A DNA stretch of 64,000 bases from Candidatus Bathyarchaeota archaeon (GTDB lineage: Archaea; Thermoproteota; Bathyarchaeia; Bathyarchaeales; Bathycorpusculaceae). The notes beneath the pieces are model-generated. The model was not told the DNA's origin and did no database searches. It saw only the letters and a program-made list of their open reading frames with translations. The stretch is taken from NCBI GenBank assembly GCA_963733095.1, contig CAVTBV010000012.1:32001-96000 (forward strand). Direction: 5' to 3'. Below are positions 50,092 through 60,300 of the stretch, piece after piece (position 1 is the first letter of the stretch; every line of letters begins with the position of its first letter). Both the position numbers and the translations under genes were made by a program.

Positions 50092-51531
50092 CTAAAACAA
50101 CGATTTGACTTTATCCAACACACCCGACATTGCCATATGCCAGTAAGTGCGTCGCTTCATAGGATTGCCCGAGAAAAACCCGCCCAATCGCCTGCTCCAT
50201 GAACCGTAGAAATCGCGGTAGCAGCCATAAAGCTCCTCTTGGACCTGGTGGGTGGAAAGAGTTTCGGTTGGCATGATGGCATGAATCATGTCGTAGTGGT
50301 TCCAATTACGATCTTCGATCCATCCGTTGCGTTCAGCTTCGGCGTAAACTTCGGTGCCTGGGAAAGGTGTTAAGATTCCGAACATGATGAAATCGGGGTC
50401 TAAGTCGTTGACGAACTCTCTGAGTTGACGGACGGATTGGTAGGTTTCTTTGCGGTTGCCGATGATGACCATAGCGTGGGCGAAGATTCCGTTGTTACGC
50501 AACAACTTCACCGCAGTCTTTGCATCCTGAGGAGTAATGCCTTTCTTAAAGTAATCAAGCGTGTTAGGATCCGAATTCTCCACCCCAAGCAGCACCCAGC
50601 TTAACCCTGACTTAGCCAACCTTGGCAGGACGTCTTTGTTTCGGTTAATGTCGTCACAGCGTGCCTGAACAAACCATGTCACGTCAGGAACCTTTTTCGC
50701 GATGATTTCTTCTGCGATTTCTTCGGGGCGCTGTCCAGTTCCAAAATTGTCGTCGGTTAACCAAATCATCTCACTTCCAAACTCCCGATTACAATACGCC
50801 ATCTCGTCTGCAACACGCTTCGCCGATTTAAGACGCCAGCACCCTTGCCAGTGACGCCACTGAGTACAGAAGGTACATTGGTGATTACATCCGCGTGCTC
50901 CTTCGATGAGAGCGTACGGCGCCCGTTTGCCAGCCATCACAGAGAAGTGGTATTTGAGCATGTTGTCTTTGACTAGGTGGTAGCCTGGAAACGGCAAATC
51001 ATCCAGGTTTGCAATCAAAGCCCTCGAAGGATTATGCACAACCTCTCCCCCGTTCCTAAAAGAGATGCCAGCAACGTTTTCCAACCTTTCGCCCTGTTGG
51101 CACGCACCCACCAATTCCGCTAAAGTTTGTTCTCCCTCATTGCGGATAATAACATCGATTTCAGGGTGAAGTTGGAGGCTGTCTTGGGCTGTTGCAGTGA
51201 AGTGCTGTCCACCTGTTACCGTGAGGGTTTTTGGAGCCATGCGTTTAGCGGTTTCAAGAGTCTTTGCGACAGCGTAAGTGTTGCATGTAGCCAGAGAAGC
51301 ACAGGCCACAATATCGGGGTTCGAATCAGCCATATGTTCCTCCATTTTCTTCCAATCAACTTTCTCCGCGTTGCAATCCAGAATCTCCAGTTGGACATTG
51401 TTGTTTTCTCTTTCCAGATAGGCGGCGAGTTGGATGATACCATAGGGCGGCGGCAAGTATTCGCCCATGACAAACCATATGTCTTTAGGCGGCTCGACGA
51501 ACATGACTTTCAAGTGCTGTTCCCTATCCAC
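50092..51531 (-). CDS. Cobalamin-binding (class B) radical SAM enzyme, BchE-like
   Basis: PPYG...LAAYL, GGQHFT, NEGE, RGCNHQCTFC, DDNF, LGVEN, TPFPGT. Confidence 0.93.
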   Translation of the reverse strand: MDREQHLKVMFVEPPKDIWFVMGEYLPPPYGIIQLAAYLERENNNVQLEILDCNAEKVDWKKMEEHMADSNPDIVACASLATCNTYAVAKTLETAKRMAPKTLTVTGGQHFTATAQDSLQLHPEIDVIIRNEGEQTLAELVGACQQGERLENVAGISFRNGGEVVHNPSRALIANLDDLPFPGYHLVKDNMLKYHFSVMAGKRAPYALIEGARGCNHQCTFCTQWRHWQGCWRLKSAKRVADEMAYCNREFGSEMIWLTDDNFGTGQRPEEIAEEIIAKKVPDVTWFVQARCDDINRNKDVLPRLAKSGLSWVLLGVENSDPNTLDYFKKGITPQDAKTAVKLLRNNGIFAHAMVIIGNRKETYQSVRQLREFVNDLDPDFIMFGILTPFPGTEVYAEAERNGWIEDRNWNHYDMIHAIMPTETLSTHQVQEELYGCYRDFYGSWSRRLGGFFSGNPMKRRTYWHMAMSGVLDKVKSLF

Positions 51532-51910
51532 TGATTAGTGGATTGTGCTTATTAGATTGCCCGTAGATTCTTGGAAACTTAAATTTCGCTCAGGTTCAAA
51601 TCCCGCAGCCTATACCTCGCCCTTTTCGTTTATGTTAAATTGATAGGTAGAGGGTGAGGGGAGCGGCCAAAACAAGTATTATTATTGTGAGAAGAAATGT
51701 GGGGTATTCCGGCACAACGTTATCTGGCCGCTGTCGGCTATGTTTGCCATATTAACCGCTATATTGTGGATACTACGGGTGTAAATGAAACTTAAAACCC
51801 AAAAGTCATCCACGATTATGTAAAATTCATTGGAGCCCCATATAGAAGAAGTTAAGCCTGAAATGTTTGCCAATAGTCCTTTCGAAATGTAAATATCGGC
51901 GTATCCAGGG

Positions 51911-52186
51911 GTGCCATGTGTTCCGGAGTTTAAGTGGGTTGCAAGAGCTGGACCAGTTTTGGTCTTAAGTCTTGGAAAGCGGAAGCTTGGCTTGACATTT
52001 TTCTGTCATCGAAGACCCGAAAGATGCTTCACCGTTCTGGATCACATTGCACCCTTATTTTCAAGGTGCATTGGTATGTTGATGGGGTTTTTTGGATTAA
52101 TCTTTGCTGTTGCCCTTTCTGGGACATATTCCATTGTTTGCAACTGCATTCAAAGCCATGTAGTGCCCACTATCTTGGTTTTATAA
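51911..52186 (+). pseudogene. DUF2085-like fragment
   Basis: FFCHRRPERCF...PLFSRCIGM (one Cys of the CxRC motif lost); truncated. Confidence 0.5.
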
Positions 52187-52246
52187 CTAGCAAATTTCTA
52201 ATACGAGCGAAGACCAATAAAATTACTAAAGAGGCAAGAACATAAG

Positions 52247-52629
52247 ATGAACCCTGTTGGTTTGTAGACCCTTTCATTTTGATTGGGGACCCAAAGGAAA
52301 CTACAGTTGGACCCCATTATACTTCAACTTTGATGGAACCTTCGCCTTCTTAGCAGGCGCAAACGAAGGGACATGGGCTCAGGTTGATGACATAATAATC
52401 TGGAGATTCAAACGGCAACCAGATACCGAAAACAATACAGTCTATTCAGGAAGCTGCACAAGAAATTTTTATGTCTGGACTGATGTTGTCGTTTAACGGA
52501 GAAAAAGGACACTGGCACGCGGTGAAAAAAGGCACTAAATTGTTTACCCTCAAGGAAAAAGAAAAACTACCCTACTTGATTGAAAAAGAAAGTAAACCAA
52601 CGCTCGACCCGTTAGGGAAGAGAGAATAG
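52247..52629 (+). pseudogene. Frameshifted hypothetical protein
   Basis: ATGAACCCTGTTGGTTTG then TAG; FHFDWG...YSGSC in a second frame; continues MSGLMLSFNGEKGHWHAVKKG after another shift. Confidence 0.55.
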
Positions 52630-52699
52630 TAGCCAGGTCCTCTACAAATATTTTTATCCCTGCAATCGGCGGAACAAAAAGACTGAACAAATTGAGAAG

Positions 52700-53069
52700 A
52701 ACTATAATTTTCCAGTGATTGCACCAAAAGCTCTCACGAATTGCCAGCCACGGGATTACCAGCTTAGCTTTGGGGAAGGAGAACTCTTTGACATCTCCAA
52801 ATTGCCCAATAATGTTAATACTCTCAACAGCGACATAAAGTGAAGAAGTTGCGAAATCCCAAGGAAAAACCTTTGTTGACCAACTACAATCACAAAAGGC
52901 AAACGAAAAATTCCAAATGATTCAGTCGATACACACTGATTCATATGTCGGCGACGTAGAGTTACTTAACGTTCCATGTGGTTCTCCAAATATGACCATA
53001 AAGGCAACAAAATTGTGTTGGTCCTCGATGCTAACTCGGGCAGAGTAATCAACAGCCTCGGCTTATAAG
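52700..53069 (+). pseudogene. 3' remnant of a hypothetical gene
   Basis: Broken frames ending MWFSKYDHKGNKIVLVLDANSGRVINSLGL*. Confidence 0.45.
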
Positions 53070-53167
53070 AGATTATAGTTTCGTCGGCACCCTTAGTTTC
53101 TACTTTTGTTGTTTCTAACTAACATAAAAACTTGGGGTAAAAATAAACTATTGTTGATGGAGCTATC

Positions 53168-53401
53168 TTATTGCACAGCTTCAACTTTTGTTATTTCAGG
53201 CACGTTTTTTTTGATGACGGCTTCAACACCATTTTTAAGCGTCATCGCTGACATGGGACAACCTGCGCAATGTCCGACTAATCGAACTTTGACAGTTGAT
53301 TGTTCAACTGCGACAAGTTCCACGTCTCCACCATCAAGTTGAATTTGTGGTCTTATTTCGTCAAGTGCTGCTTGTACTCTTTTTTGGATTGATTCAGTCA
53401 T
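53168..53401 (-). CDS. NifU/Nfu C-terminal domain Fe-S carrier
   Basis: IRPQIQLDGGDVELV...GHCAGCPMSAMTLKNGVE. Confidence 0.93.
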   Translation of the reverse strand: MTESIQKRVQAALDEIRPQIQLDGGDVELVAVEQSTVKVRLVGHCAGCPMSAMTLKNGVEAVIKKNVPEITKVEAVQ

Positions 53402-53469
53402 GTAACTTCACTTGTGCATCTTTGAAAAGAATAAATGATTATAAAAGATTCCTGTTTCTTAGGGCACGA

Positions 53470-53652
53470 TTATTCTTTTGCCTTAGGAAGAACTTTTGTG
53501 GCCCATTCTGTTCGAGTGTTGTAGATTTCGCGTAGTTTCGGAGTGGATGTCGAGGTTAACTTTACTTTTGCGAGCATTCGGCTTTTGGATTTGCTGATGG
53601 CGCTGTTACGCTTTGGCTTGTTCCTATTAATCTTATAATTTTCTGGGTTCAT
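53470..53652 (-). CDS. Possible small basic protein
   Basis: 60-aa Lys/Arg-rich ORF with an ATG start; no recognisable motif. Confidence 0.3.
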   Translation of the reverse strand: MNPENYKINRNKPKRNSAISKSKSRMLAKVKLTSTSTPKLREIYNTRTEWATKVLPKAKE

Positions 53653-53804
53653 AACTATCCGCGCTATTCAAACTTATATCTAGCATATAGAAGTTGCCCC
53701 GTTTTTACTCAAAGAGTTAAATCCCAATAAAATCTGTGAAAACCTGCGGAAGACTTAAGCAACAACGCCTGTATTAAACATGAAAAATAGGCGCGGTTTA
53801 GGGT

Positions 53805-54044
53805 ATGGTTCATAGAAGAGTACGAGGCGGAAAATTTAAAATCAAACATGTTGAGAAGCTGCCCCCCGTCGAGTTGGGAGACGAATTAGACGTAAACATC
53901 AACGGTTTATGCCCAAACGGGGATGGCATGTCTAACATTCGAGGCTACGTTATACAGGTTCCAAAAGCTAAGCCCCGGGACCGCGTAAAAGTCAAGATTA
54001 TCCAAGTAGACAAAAAGGCAGCGGTCGGCGAAATAATCGAATAA
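53805..54044 (+). CDS. Stand-alone TRAM domain RNA-binding protein
   Basis: PPVELGDELDV.I......GDG...IRGYVI.VP.AK..DRVKVKI. Confidence 0.9.
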   Translation: MVHRRVRGGKFKIKHVEKLPPVELGDELDVNINGLCPNGDGMSNIRGYVIQVPKAKPRDRVKVKIIQVDKKAAVGEIIE

Positions 54045-54083
54045 CTTACCTGCAAGCATTTACAGACTTTAGTCACATACTAT

Positions 54084-54611
54084 TCAATGGTGATTATGCC
54101 TTTCATTGACCTCTATATGCTCAATGGCTAAAACTGCGCCAATTACCACCCGATGGTCAACTGCACCAGTTATTGAAATGCCGATTTGATCTCTCAATGA
54201 AACCCACTTTTTATGCACCGAAGCAACCAGTGCACCCTCGACTTCTATTCGATAATCATGCTCGGTGAAATCTCCATATATGCGCATGAATTCAACTCCG
54301 TTCTTTTCTACCCAAAATTCTTCGCCGATCAACTTTGCAATCTTCCTTCTGATTGTGCCAAGCTCAACGCCCTGATTATCAAAGATTGAGAATTCATTTC
54401 TGAGTGGCACCATTTTTCCCTGAAGACGCATCAACTCAAAGCCATGGTTATCGGTTACGACGAATTTGGGAGGAACCTGAATAAAGTTGCCTTCAGCCGA
54501 ACCCAATTGGGCACCTTTTAAGTCTTCAAAGTCATAGTGCTCGCGCACAGAGAGGATTTTCTTTTTAATCACAAAATCGGTAATTTCAAACATGAAACTT
54601 TGGTCGCTCAT
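54084..54611 (-). CDS. LURP-one/Tubby-C-like (scramblase fold) protein
   Basis: IKKKILS.RE.Y, IYGDFTEHDY.I, VASVHKKWVSLRD. Confidence 0.85.
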   Translation of the reverse strand: MSDQSFMFEITDFVIKKKILSVREHYDFEDLKGAQLGSAEGNFIQVPPKFVVTDNHGFELMRLQGKMVPLRNEFSIFDNQGVELGTIRRKIAKLIGEEFWVEKNGVEFMRIYGDFTEHDYRIEVEGALVASVHKKWVSLRDQIGISITGAVDHRVVIGAVLAIEHIEVNERHNHH

Positions 54612-54661
54612 TTTCTGTCAAGAAGTATGAGGAGCCTTTAGCTAATATCTTTTCAGAAAAG

Positions 54662-55057
54662 TCAAATCTCATCAGCTGCAAGATTTTCGATATTTCTATT
54701 CTTTAGGTTGCTGTCAATTATGCTAAGGAGTCTGTCTGGTGGGATGGGTTTTCCCAAAAGGGCATCCGCACCTTCGATGCTGTTTTGCGATAGCAACTTG
54801 CCAGTGAGCATTATCTTCAACGTGTTAGGTGAAGTGTTGTCTATCAATGGAAAAAGGTCAGTACCTTCCATGTCGGGGAGGCATAAATCGATTAACGCAA
54901 CATCATAGTGATTGCTGCTTATTTTTTCTATGGCTTCGATGCCCTTCTCTGCTACCGTGACAGCGTAGCCGTTCCTTTGGAATATTCGGCTCAGAGTTCG
55001 CAGAATGGCGGTGTCGTCGTCGATTATAAGAATAGATGGCTGGCTATTATTAAACAA
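54662..55057 (-). CDS. Stand-alone response regulator receiver
   Basis: IIDDD, LIDLCLPDMEG, MLTG, GKP. Confidence 0.9.
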   Translation of the reverse strand: MFNNSQPSILIIDDDTAILRTLSRIFQRNGYAVTVAEKGIEAIEKISSNHYDVALIDLCLPDMEGTDLFPLIDNTSPNTLKIMLTGKLLSQNSIEGADALLGKPIPPDRLLSIIDSNLKNRNIENLAADEI

Positions 55058-55209
55058 GCAGTAAAACCTTCTAAGACATAATTGTGTTATGTTTTATTTA
55101 TAACTTTACAAAGAGCTAAATGCTTGTTCTGATAGGTTGCCATGTTAGCGATTGTTGCAACTTATATTTTAAAAGAAAAATCGAGGATTTTGTTGACTTA
55201 TCCAACTTT

Positions 55210-55808
55210 TCAAACTGTTTTTATAGAGTCTACTGGATGATTAGGAAGTGCAGTGTCTACATTTATTTTTCTGTGGTAAACCCGTGCAGCGATGCATAAT
55301 CCAGCGACCACTATTGCAAAGTAGAAAGGCCATCCAAAACCTGCTGAGACAGCAACGCTTATGTTTGCTCCATCTGGCGCCATTCCTTGCGGAAGCGAAA
55401 GGGAACCTGAACCTGACATTGGAAAATCGAACCCTGAAAACCGCTGAACCAAATAACTCGTGGAAAACAATCCAATGATAAATATTATAACTGCATAGAG
55501 GGGTTTTTTGTATCCGAAACCAAGCAGTTTTTTGAGTATGATTTGTCGGGTTTCACTGAGTAGATGAGCATTATTATGCCTCCTGAACCCAACGATAATG
55601 CGCTGGCAATATTCAACGCGTAAATCAATGGAATAGTGATTGAATTGCCTAAGAGTGCAAGATTCAAGTTAACAGGGGAAACGTTAACAGATGCAAGCAT
55701 AGGACTCCCAACTGCGAGTTGCCACCACGGAACAAAAAAGGAGACAACAATCAGCACAAGTGTTGAAATCCCAGCAACTAATGCAACGAAGTTAATTTTT
55801 TCCATCAT
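55210..55808 (-). pseudogene. Membrane protein split by one frameshift in an A-run
   Basis: Adding one A to the A6 run near 55530 gives SKKLLGFGYKKPLYAV and joins ORFs 55485-55808 and 55210-55470; may be a sequencing error. Confidence 0.65.
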
Positions 55809-55809
55809 C

Positions 55810-56409
55810 TCACCCAGTTACGTTCATGGGAACACTGATTTGGATGGACCCATTTGATCCGATTGTTATGCCGTTTACGTTTATGGATATGTTGGTTAGG
55901 TTAATGTCCATTGATGTGGCGCCTGGGTAGTTGTTTGCTATATATTCTTGAGCCTGCTGGGTCCACTGTCCTGAAAGGGCTAGTTGAACTGTTTGGTCAG
56001 CCTGAACTGTCACGGGACTGTTGAGGTTTATGCTTCCTGCGGGAATATTAGCTTGGGCGATTTCTACGTCTGTGCTAAAACTGTTCAGTGTCAAGTCATA
56101 ATCGACGGGATTGGTGACTTGGAAAATGCCAGTAAACGTGTTCGTTGCCTCGTCGATTTGTACACTTACAAGTTCGGGGGACATTAATCCTCCCAAATCT
56201 TGGTTCGCATTATCGCCATTATCACCATTGTCAGAATGGCCAACATCAGGAATTATGTTACTGTTGCCGTTAATTATATCTTTGATTTGGGGAGGAATTA
56301 CAAGTTGGGTTAAATCGTTGGGGTAAATGACAACTACAGCCCCTATGGGCGCTACAATGGTTCCTACACTGATCAATAATAAGACAATACTTAGTGCCTG
56401 CATCTTCAC
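55810..56409 (-). CDS. Membrane-anchored hypothetical protein (LEA-2-like beta domain)
   Basis: N-terminal TM, F.VTNP..YDLTL motif. Confidence 0.7.
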   Translation of the reverse strand: MKMQALSIVLLLISVGTIVAPIGAVVVIYPNDLTQLVIPPQIKDIINGNSNIIPDVGHSDNGDNGDNANQDLGGLMSPELVSVQIDEATNTFTGIFQVTNPVDYDLTLNSFSTDVEIAQANIPAGSINLNSPVTVQADQTVQLALSGQWTQQAQEYIANNYPGATSMDINLTNISINVNGITIGSNGSIQISVPMNVTG

Positions 56410-56557
56410 TATTCACCTATGGAATATTGATCGGATGTCTTGACGCTTAAGTCTTTTGCACCAAGCGTTCAGGGTTTGTTAAACCTGCACCCAATCCATA
56501 GTTAAACCTTAAAAAGGCGGCTAACCGCCGACGAGATAACTTAATTGAGCCTCTGCT

Positions 56558-56800
56558 TCAACATGAACCTTCAGGTTGATTAATCCACACTTTTTCTCTA
56601 CTTTGAACTCTTATCCTAGATTCCGTTTGCATAAGCTTGATTTGGGCTTGAACGACTCGATTGTCAGTCGAGTTGAATTCTTTTTTGATAGCATCTTCTA
56701 ATTTTGGAATGTTGATATGTTCAACGGTGCCCACGATGTTCCAAAAATAAACATGTACGTTTTGCCTCTTCTTCGCCCCAGAGTCTGAGTTTTTAACCAT
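56558..56800 (-). CDS. Hypothetical protein (possible winged helix)
   Basis: 80-aa ORF with a helix-helix-helix-beta-hairpin pattern. Confidence 0.6.
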   Translation of the reverse strand: MVKNSDSGAKKRQNVHVYFWNIVGTVEHINIPKLEDAIKKEFNSTDNRVVQAQIKLMQTESRIRVQSREKVWINQPEGSC

Positions 56801-56805
56801 AAAAT

Positions 56806-56919
56806 TTACCTTGCACAGTATGGATCTTCATTTTTTTCCTTATGATGCCGCACACATTCCGTACAGTCGCTGTGGCGGGGGCAGTCTCTTTTGGGACAGG
56901 GACAATTTGGAGCTGACAT
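56806..56919 (-). CDS. Unannotated 37-aa Cys/His-rich microprotein (DUF6485-like)
   Basis: MSAPNCPCPKRDCPRHSDCTECVRHHKEKNEDPYCAR*; ends 5 nt before the next ATG. Confidence 0.75.
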   Translation of the reverse strand: MSAPNCPCPKRDCPRHSDCTECVRHHKEKNEDPYCAR

Positions 56920-57021
56920 AACCAAAGCTAACCCGAACAAACAATATAATTATTGCTAAACTTTATTTGGGAAAGCTATAGAAACATGGCATAGCTAATT
57001 AGTGGCAGAAGAGGATTTGCT

Positions 57022-57828
57022 TTGGCAAACGTATTGGATTCTTTGAGAAAACTAGTTGCATTCATAACCTTCATAGTTATTTTAGCTATAAGCACGGTCG
57101 TGGTCTTCGGGTTATTTGCTGCTGGACCGTTCAACTTGCCAACTTTCATTCGACAGCTAGGCGACGTAATCATAGTTTTCGGGTTCGGGTTAACCGCCCT
57201 TTTCCTGCTAAGCCGTGCAAAACCCCTTTTAGCGCCACACATTGGACTGCAAGCTGCAACGATAAGTCAGTTCTTTTTCATAGCAATTGCCCTTGCTACA
57301 ATGACCTTTGTCACCTTAGGCATATTTGGCGTTCCAATTTCAACGCTCTTAACTGGTGCAGGCATCATTTCAGTCACGGTGGGTTTAATCATATCCACCT
57401 TCGTGGGCAGCATACTATCAGGCACTCTGGTCTTCACCACTTACCAGTTCAAAATAGGCGAAGATGTAATGGTTAATAATGTGCCTGGAAAAATCATCGA
57501 TATGACCGCGCTGGTTATGCGCATAAGAACAGATGTCGGACAAATCACTATTCCAAACAGCGCCATCGCCTCAGGAGGAGTCATAATAACCGCCGTACGC
57601 AAACCCGACGTAAACCAAGAAAATCGTCTTCAATACGTGGTTGGTGACCGAGTAATCACATCTTACAGAAACGAGGAAGGAACTGTAAAAGAAATCACAG
57701 CATTTCACACCACCGTGGTTTTAGATTCGGGGAAAAAGATAACGTTCCTAAACAACAGCGTCCTCTCAGGTGCCGTGGCAATAGCAAAAATAACCCAAAC
57801 CCAACAAACACAGCCCCACCCATTCTAA
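57022..57828 (+). CDS. MscS-family mechanosensitive channel-like protein
   Basis: LLTGAGI..V.VGL, FKIGE.V, G.I.D, ITIPNS; the beta domain is duplicated (VGDRV...EGTVKEI...TFLNNS). Confidence 0.85.
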   Translation: MANVLDSLRKLVAFITFIVILAISTVVVFGLFAAGPFNLPTFIRQLGDVIIVFGFGLTALFLLSRAKPLLAPHIGLQAATISQFFFIAIALATMTFVTLGIFGVPISTLLTGAGIISVTVGLIISTFVGSILSGTLVFTTYQFKIGEDVMVNNVPGKIIDMTALVMRIRTDVGQITIPNSAIASGGVIITAVRKPDVNQENRLQYVVGDRVITSYRNEEGTVKEITAFHTTVVLDSGKKITFLNNSVLSGAVAIAKITQTQQTQPHPF

Positions 57829-57886
57829 AACCTACTCCAAGCTAATTAGCAACCACAAATTCCCAATACTGAACAGGTAACCAAGT

Positions 57887-58290
57887 ATGCGAACTGCACC
57901 CTTAGCAAGCACAATAATCTCAGTAGGCTTAATTCTCGTTGCATTTCTCTTTGTCCACGGGTTCTTAAGCAGCATAGGCAAAAACCGTTTTCACCCAGTT
58001 ACAATAACACTTGCAATCACATGGGACCTGACAATGTCCATCGGCTGCATGCTGCTCCACACCGCAACCATCGCGTTAACTGCCCTTCTGACAGTCTACT
58101 TTGGAGTCCACGGTGCCATCGCTGTTTTGGTTATGGCTTTGGAGATTTCGGTCCTTCCGTTAGCTTTTGGCAAGTAAGAATCAAATCGCCAAACAAGTGG
58201 CATCGGAAACTAACAAGAATCCTCTTTCCGATATGGTGGTTTGCATTTCTTTCAGGAGAAATGGTTTATCTGCTAATGTACGTGTTCTAA
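57887..58290 (+). pseudogene. DUF420-like 4-TM membrane protein with one frameshift
   Basis: FHP...WDL, VHG in frame 1; KWHRKL...PIWW.AFLSG in frame 2; shift near 58155. Confidence 0.6.
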
Positions 58291-58299
58291 AAAAGAAGA

Positions 58300-60300
58300 T
58301 CAAACAAAAAGCGTCAATAGTCTGAAGGCTAAACCCCCAATCAACACTGCAGCCGCAATGTTTGCCAACGATATGGTTGTTGCGGCTTTCCAACCGAATT
58401 CTTTTGCCAAAATAGCCACTGTTGAAACACAGGGTATGTAGAGCATTGCCACCAAAGCCATGATAACTAGTTGTACGGGTGAGAAGTACAGTGCCAAGTT
58501 GGTTGTTCCAAAGATTGCGACGGCGCCGAGGAGCACGAATTCTTTGCGTACCGTGCCCAAGATGAGGAGTACCCCTGCCGCCGAAGGTAAGCCCAGCCAC
58601 CAAACGGTCAATGGCGAGATTGCATTACTGAGGGGCGTCAACACGTTATATACGTACAAAGCTTGAAGCAGTGCGCTACCAACAATGTAGATGGGAAACA
58701 CAATGTAGATGATTGATTTGGTTCTAGCCCATGTCTGCTTCAGCACAACTTTAAGCGAGGGAACCTTGAAGCTGCTCATTTCCATAATCAACCCAGTCGA
58801 TTTGCCAGGAACCACTTTCATAGCGATCCTACCTAAAGCAAAGATTACGGCAACATCAACCACATAGAGCAAAAGTGCCCATTGTATTCCGACAAATAAC
58901 CCGACCATGCCAAAGAGCACGATGGTTCTGGCGGAACAAGGCGCAAAAGTTATAGCGAATGCTGCAAGAAGCCGCTCGCGTCGAGTCTCCATAATTTTGC
59001 AGGCTTGAATCGCTGGGACGTTACACCCGTAACCCAAAATTATCGGAATCAAAGCTTTACCGTGTAAACCCATCTTGTGCATCGCACTATCCATCACGAA
59101 GGCTACTCTGGTGAGGACTCCTGAGTTTTCAACAAAAGCCAACAGCAGGTAAAACGGGATAACGAAGGGTAAAATCAGGGTTAGCCCAGCGTTAAATCCT
59201 CCCCACACACCGTTCAAAACAATCGACAGAATCGGTTGGGATGCAGATAAAGCAGGATCAATTGGTTTGATGACGCTTAATCCACTTGAAATCAAATTAG
59301 AAAGTTCATTCCCTATAAAGAAGGTCCAAAGCAGCAATCCAGCAATTATTCCCACCGATGTAAAGTATCCTAGCACCCTGTGGGTAGTTAACCAGTCGAG
59401 TTTTTCAGAGAAAGTGCTCTTCACTTCAGTTTGCTGGAGTGCAGAAGCGGCAATGGAACTTGCAAGAGCATATCGTTCAGAAGCGATGAGCGAGAAGCAT
59501 ACTTCTTGACATTTACTGGACATTTCTTTTGATATTGTTAGGGCAGAATCGATGATTGTCCTTGACTGGGCAGATACGGCTTTGACGATTTCGGTGTCGC
59601 CTTCAAGCAGTTTTATTGCAAGCCAACGAGGCGGATACTGCAGTGAAAGGTTGGCTTTTTCTATAACCTGTTTTAGTTTTTCGATGCTTTCTTCCACGTC
59701 TCGGCGGTATCTTAGACGTTTGACTTTCGGTTTGGATAGGGCGACGTTTACAGCTTCACCCATGAGTTCATAGATGCCTTCACCTCTCGTTGCCACAACA
59801 AAAACGACGGGCACACCAAGGGCTTGTTGCAACTTTTCCTTGTCAAGTACCATTCCTTTGCCTTTTGCAACATCCACTTGATTTACACATAAAACCAGAG
59901 GAGCCTGCAATTCAAGCAACTGGAGCGTAAAGAACAGGTTTCTTTCCAAAACTGAAGCGTCAACAACGTTTATGACCACGTCGGGTTTTTCAAGAGCGAT
60001 GTAATCTCTTGAAACAAGTTCCTCCATGGAAAACGTTGAAAACGAGTAGATGCCCGGTAAGTCTATAATCTTTATTTCATAGCCTTCATAGCTAAGAGTA
60101 CCCTCTGCGCGATCCACGGTTTTTCCGGGCCAATTACCGATTATCTGGTTTGACCCGGTAAGCTGGTTGAAGATTACGCTTTTGCCTACGTTGGCGTTTC
60201 CTGCAAGCGCAAAAGTTAGTTGATTACAGTTTTTTCCTTTGGATATTTGCCCTTTTGACTTAGCATTAGGATGGCATGACAAATTCTGCAGCCTCCTCAA
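58300..60300 (-). CDS. feoB: Ferrous iron transporter B
   Basis: [44 protein letters not shown]. Confidence 0.97.
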   Translation of the reverse strand: MRRLQNLSCHPNAKSKGQISKGKNCNQLTFALAGNANVGKSVIFNQLTGSNQIIGNWPGKTVDRAEGTLSYEGYEIKIIDLPGIYSFSTFSMEELVSRDYIALEKPDVVINVVDASVLERNLFFTLQLLELQAPLVLCVNQVDVAKGKGMVLDKEKLQQALGVPVVFVVATRGEGIYELMGEAVNVALSKPKVKRLRYRRDVEESIEKLKQVIEKANLSLQYPPRWLAIKLLEGDTEIVKAVSAQSRTIIDSALTISKEMSSKCQEVCFSLIASERYALASSIAASALQQTEVKSTFSEKLDWLTTHRVLGYFTSVGIIAGLLLWTFFIGNELSNLISSGLSVIKPIDPALSASQPILSIVLNGVWGGFNAGLTLILPFVIPFYLLLAFVENSGVLTRVAFVMDSAMHKMGLHGKALIPIILGYGCNVPAIQACKIMETRRERLLAAFAITFAPCSARTIVLFGMVGLFVGIQWALLLYVVDVAVIFALGRIAMKVVPGKSTGLIMEMSSFKVPSLKVVLKQTWARTKSIIYIVFPIYIVGSALLQALYVYNVLTPLSNAISPLTVWWLGLPSAAGVLLILGTVRKEFVLLGAVAIFGTTNLALYFSPVQLVIMALVAMLYIPCVSTVAILAKEFGWKAATTISLANIAAAVLIGGLAFRLLTLFV

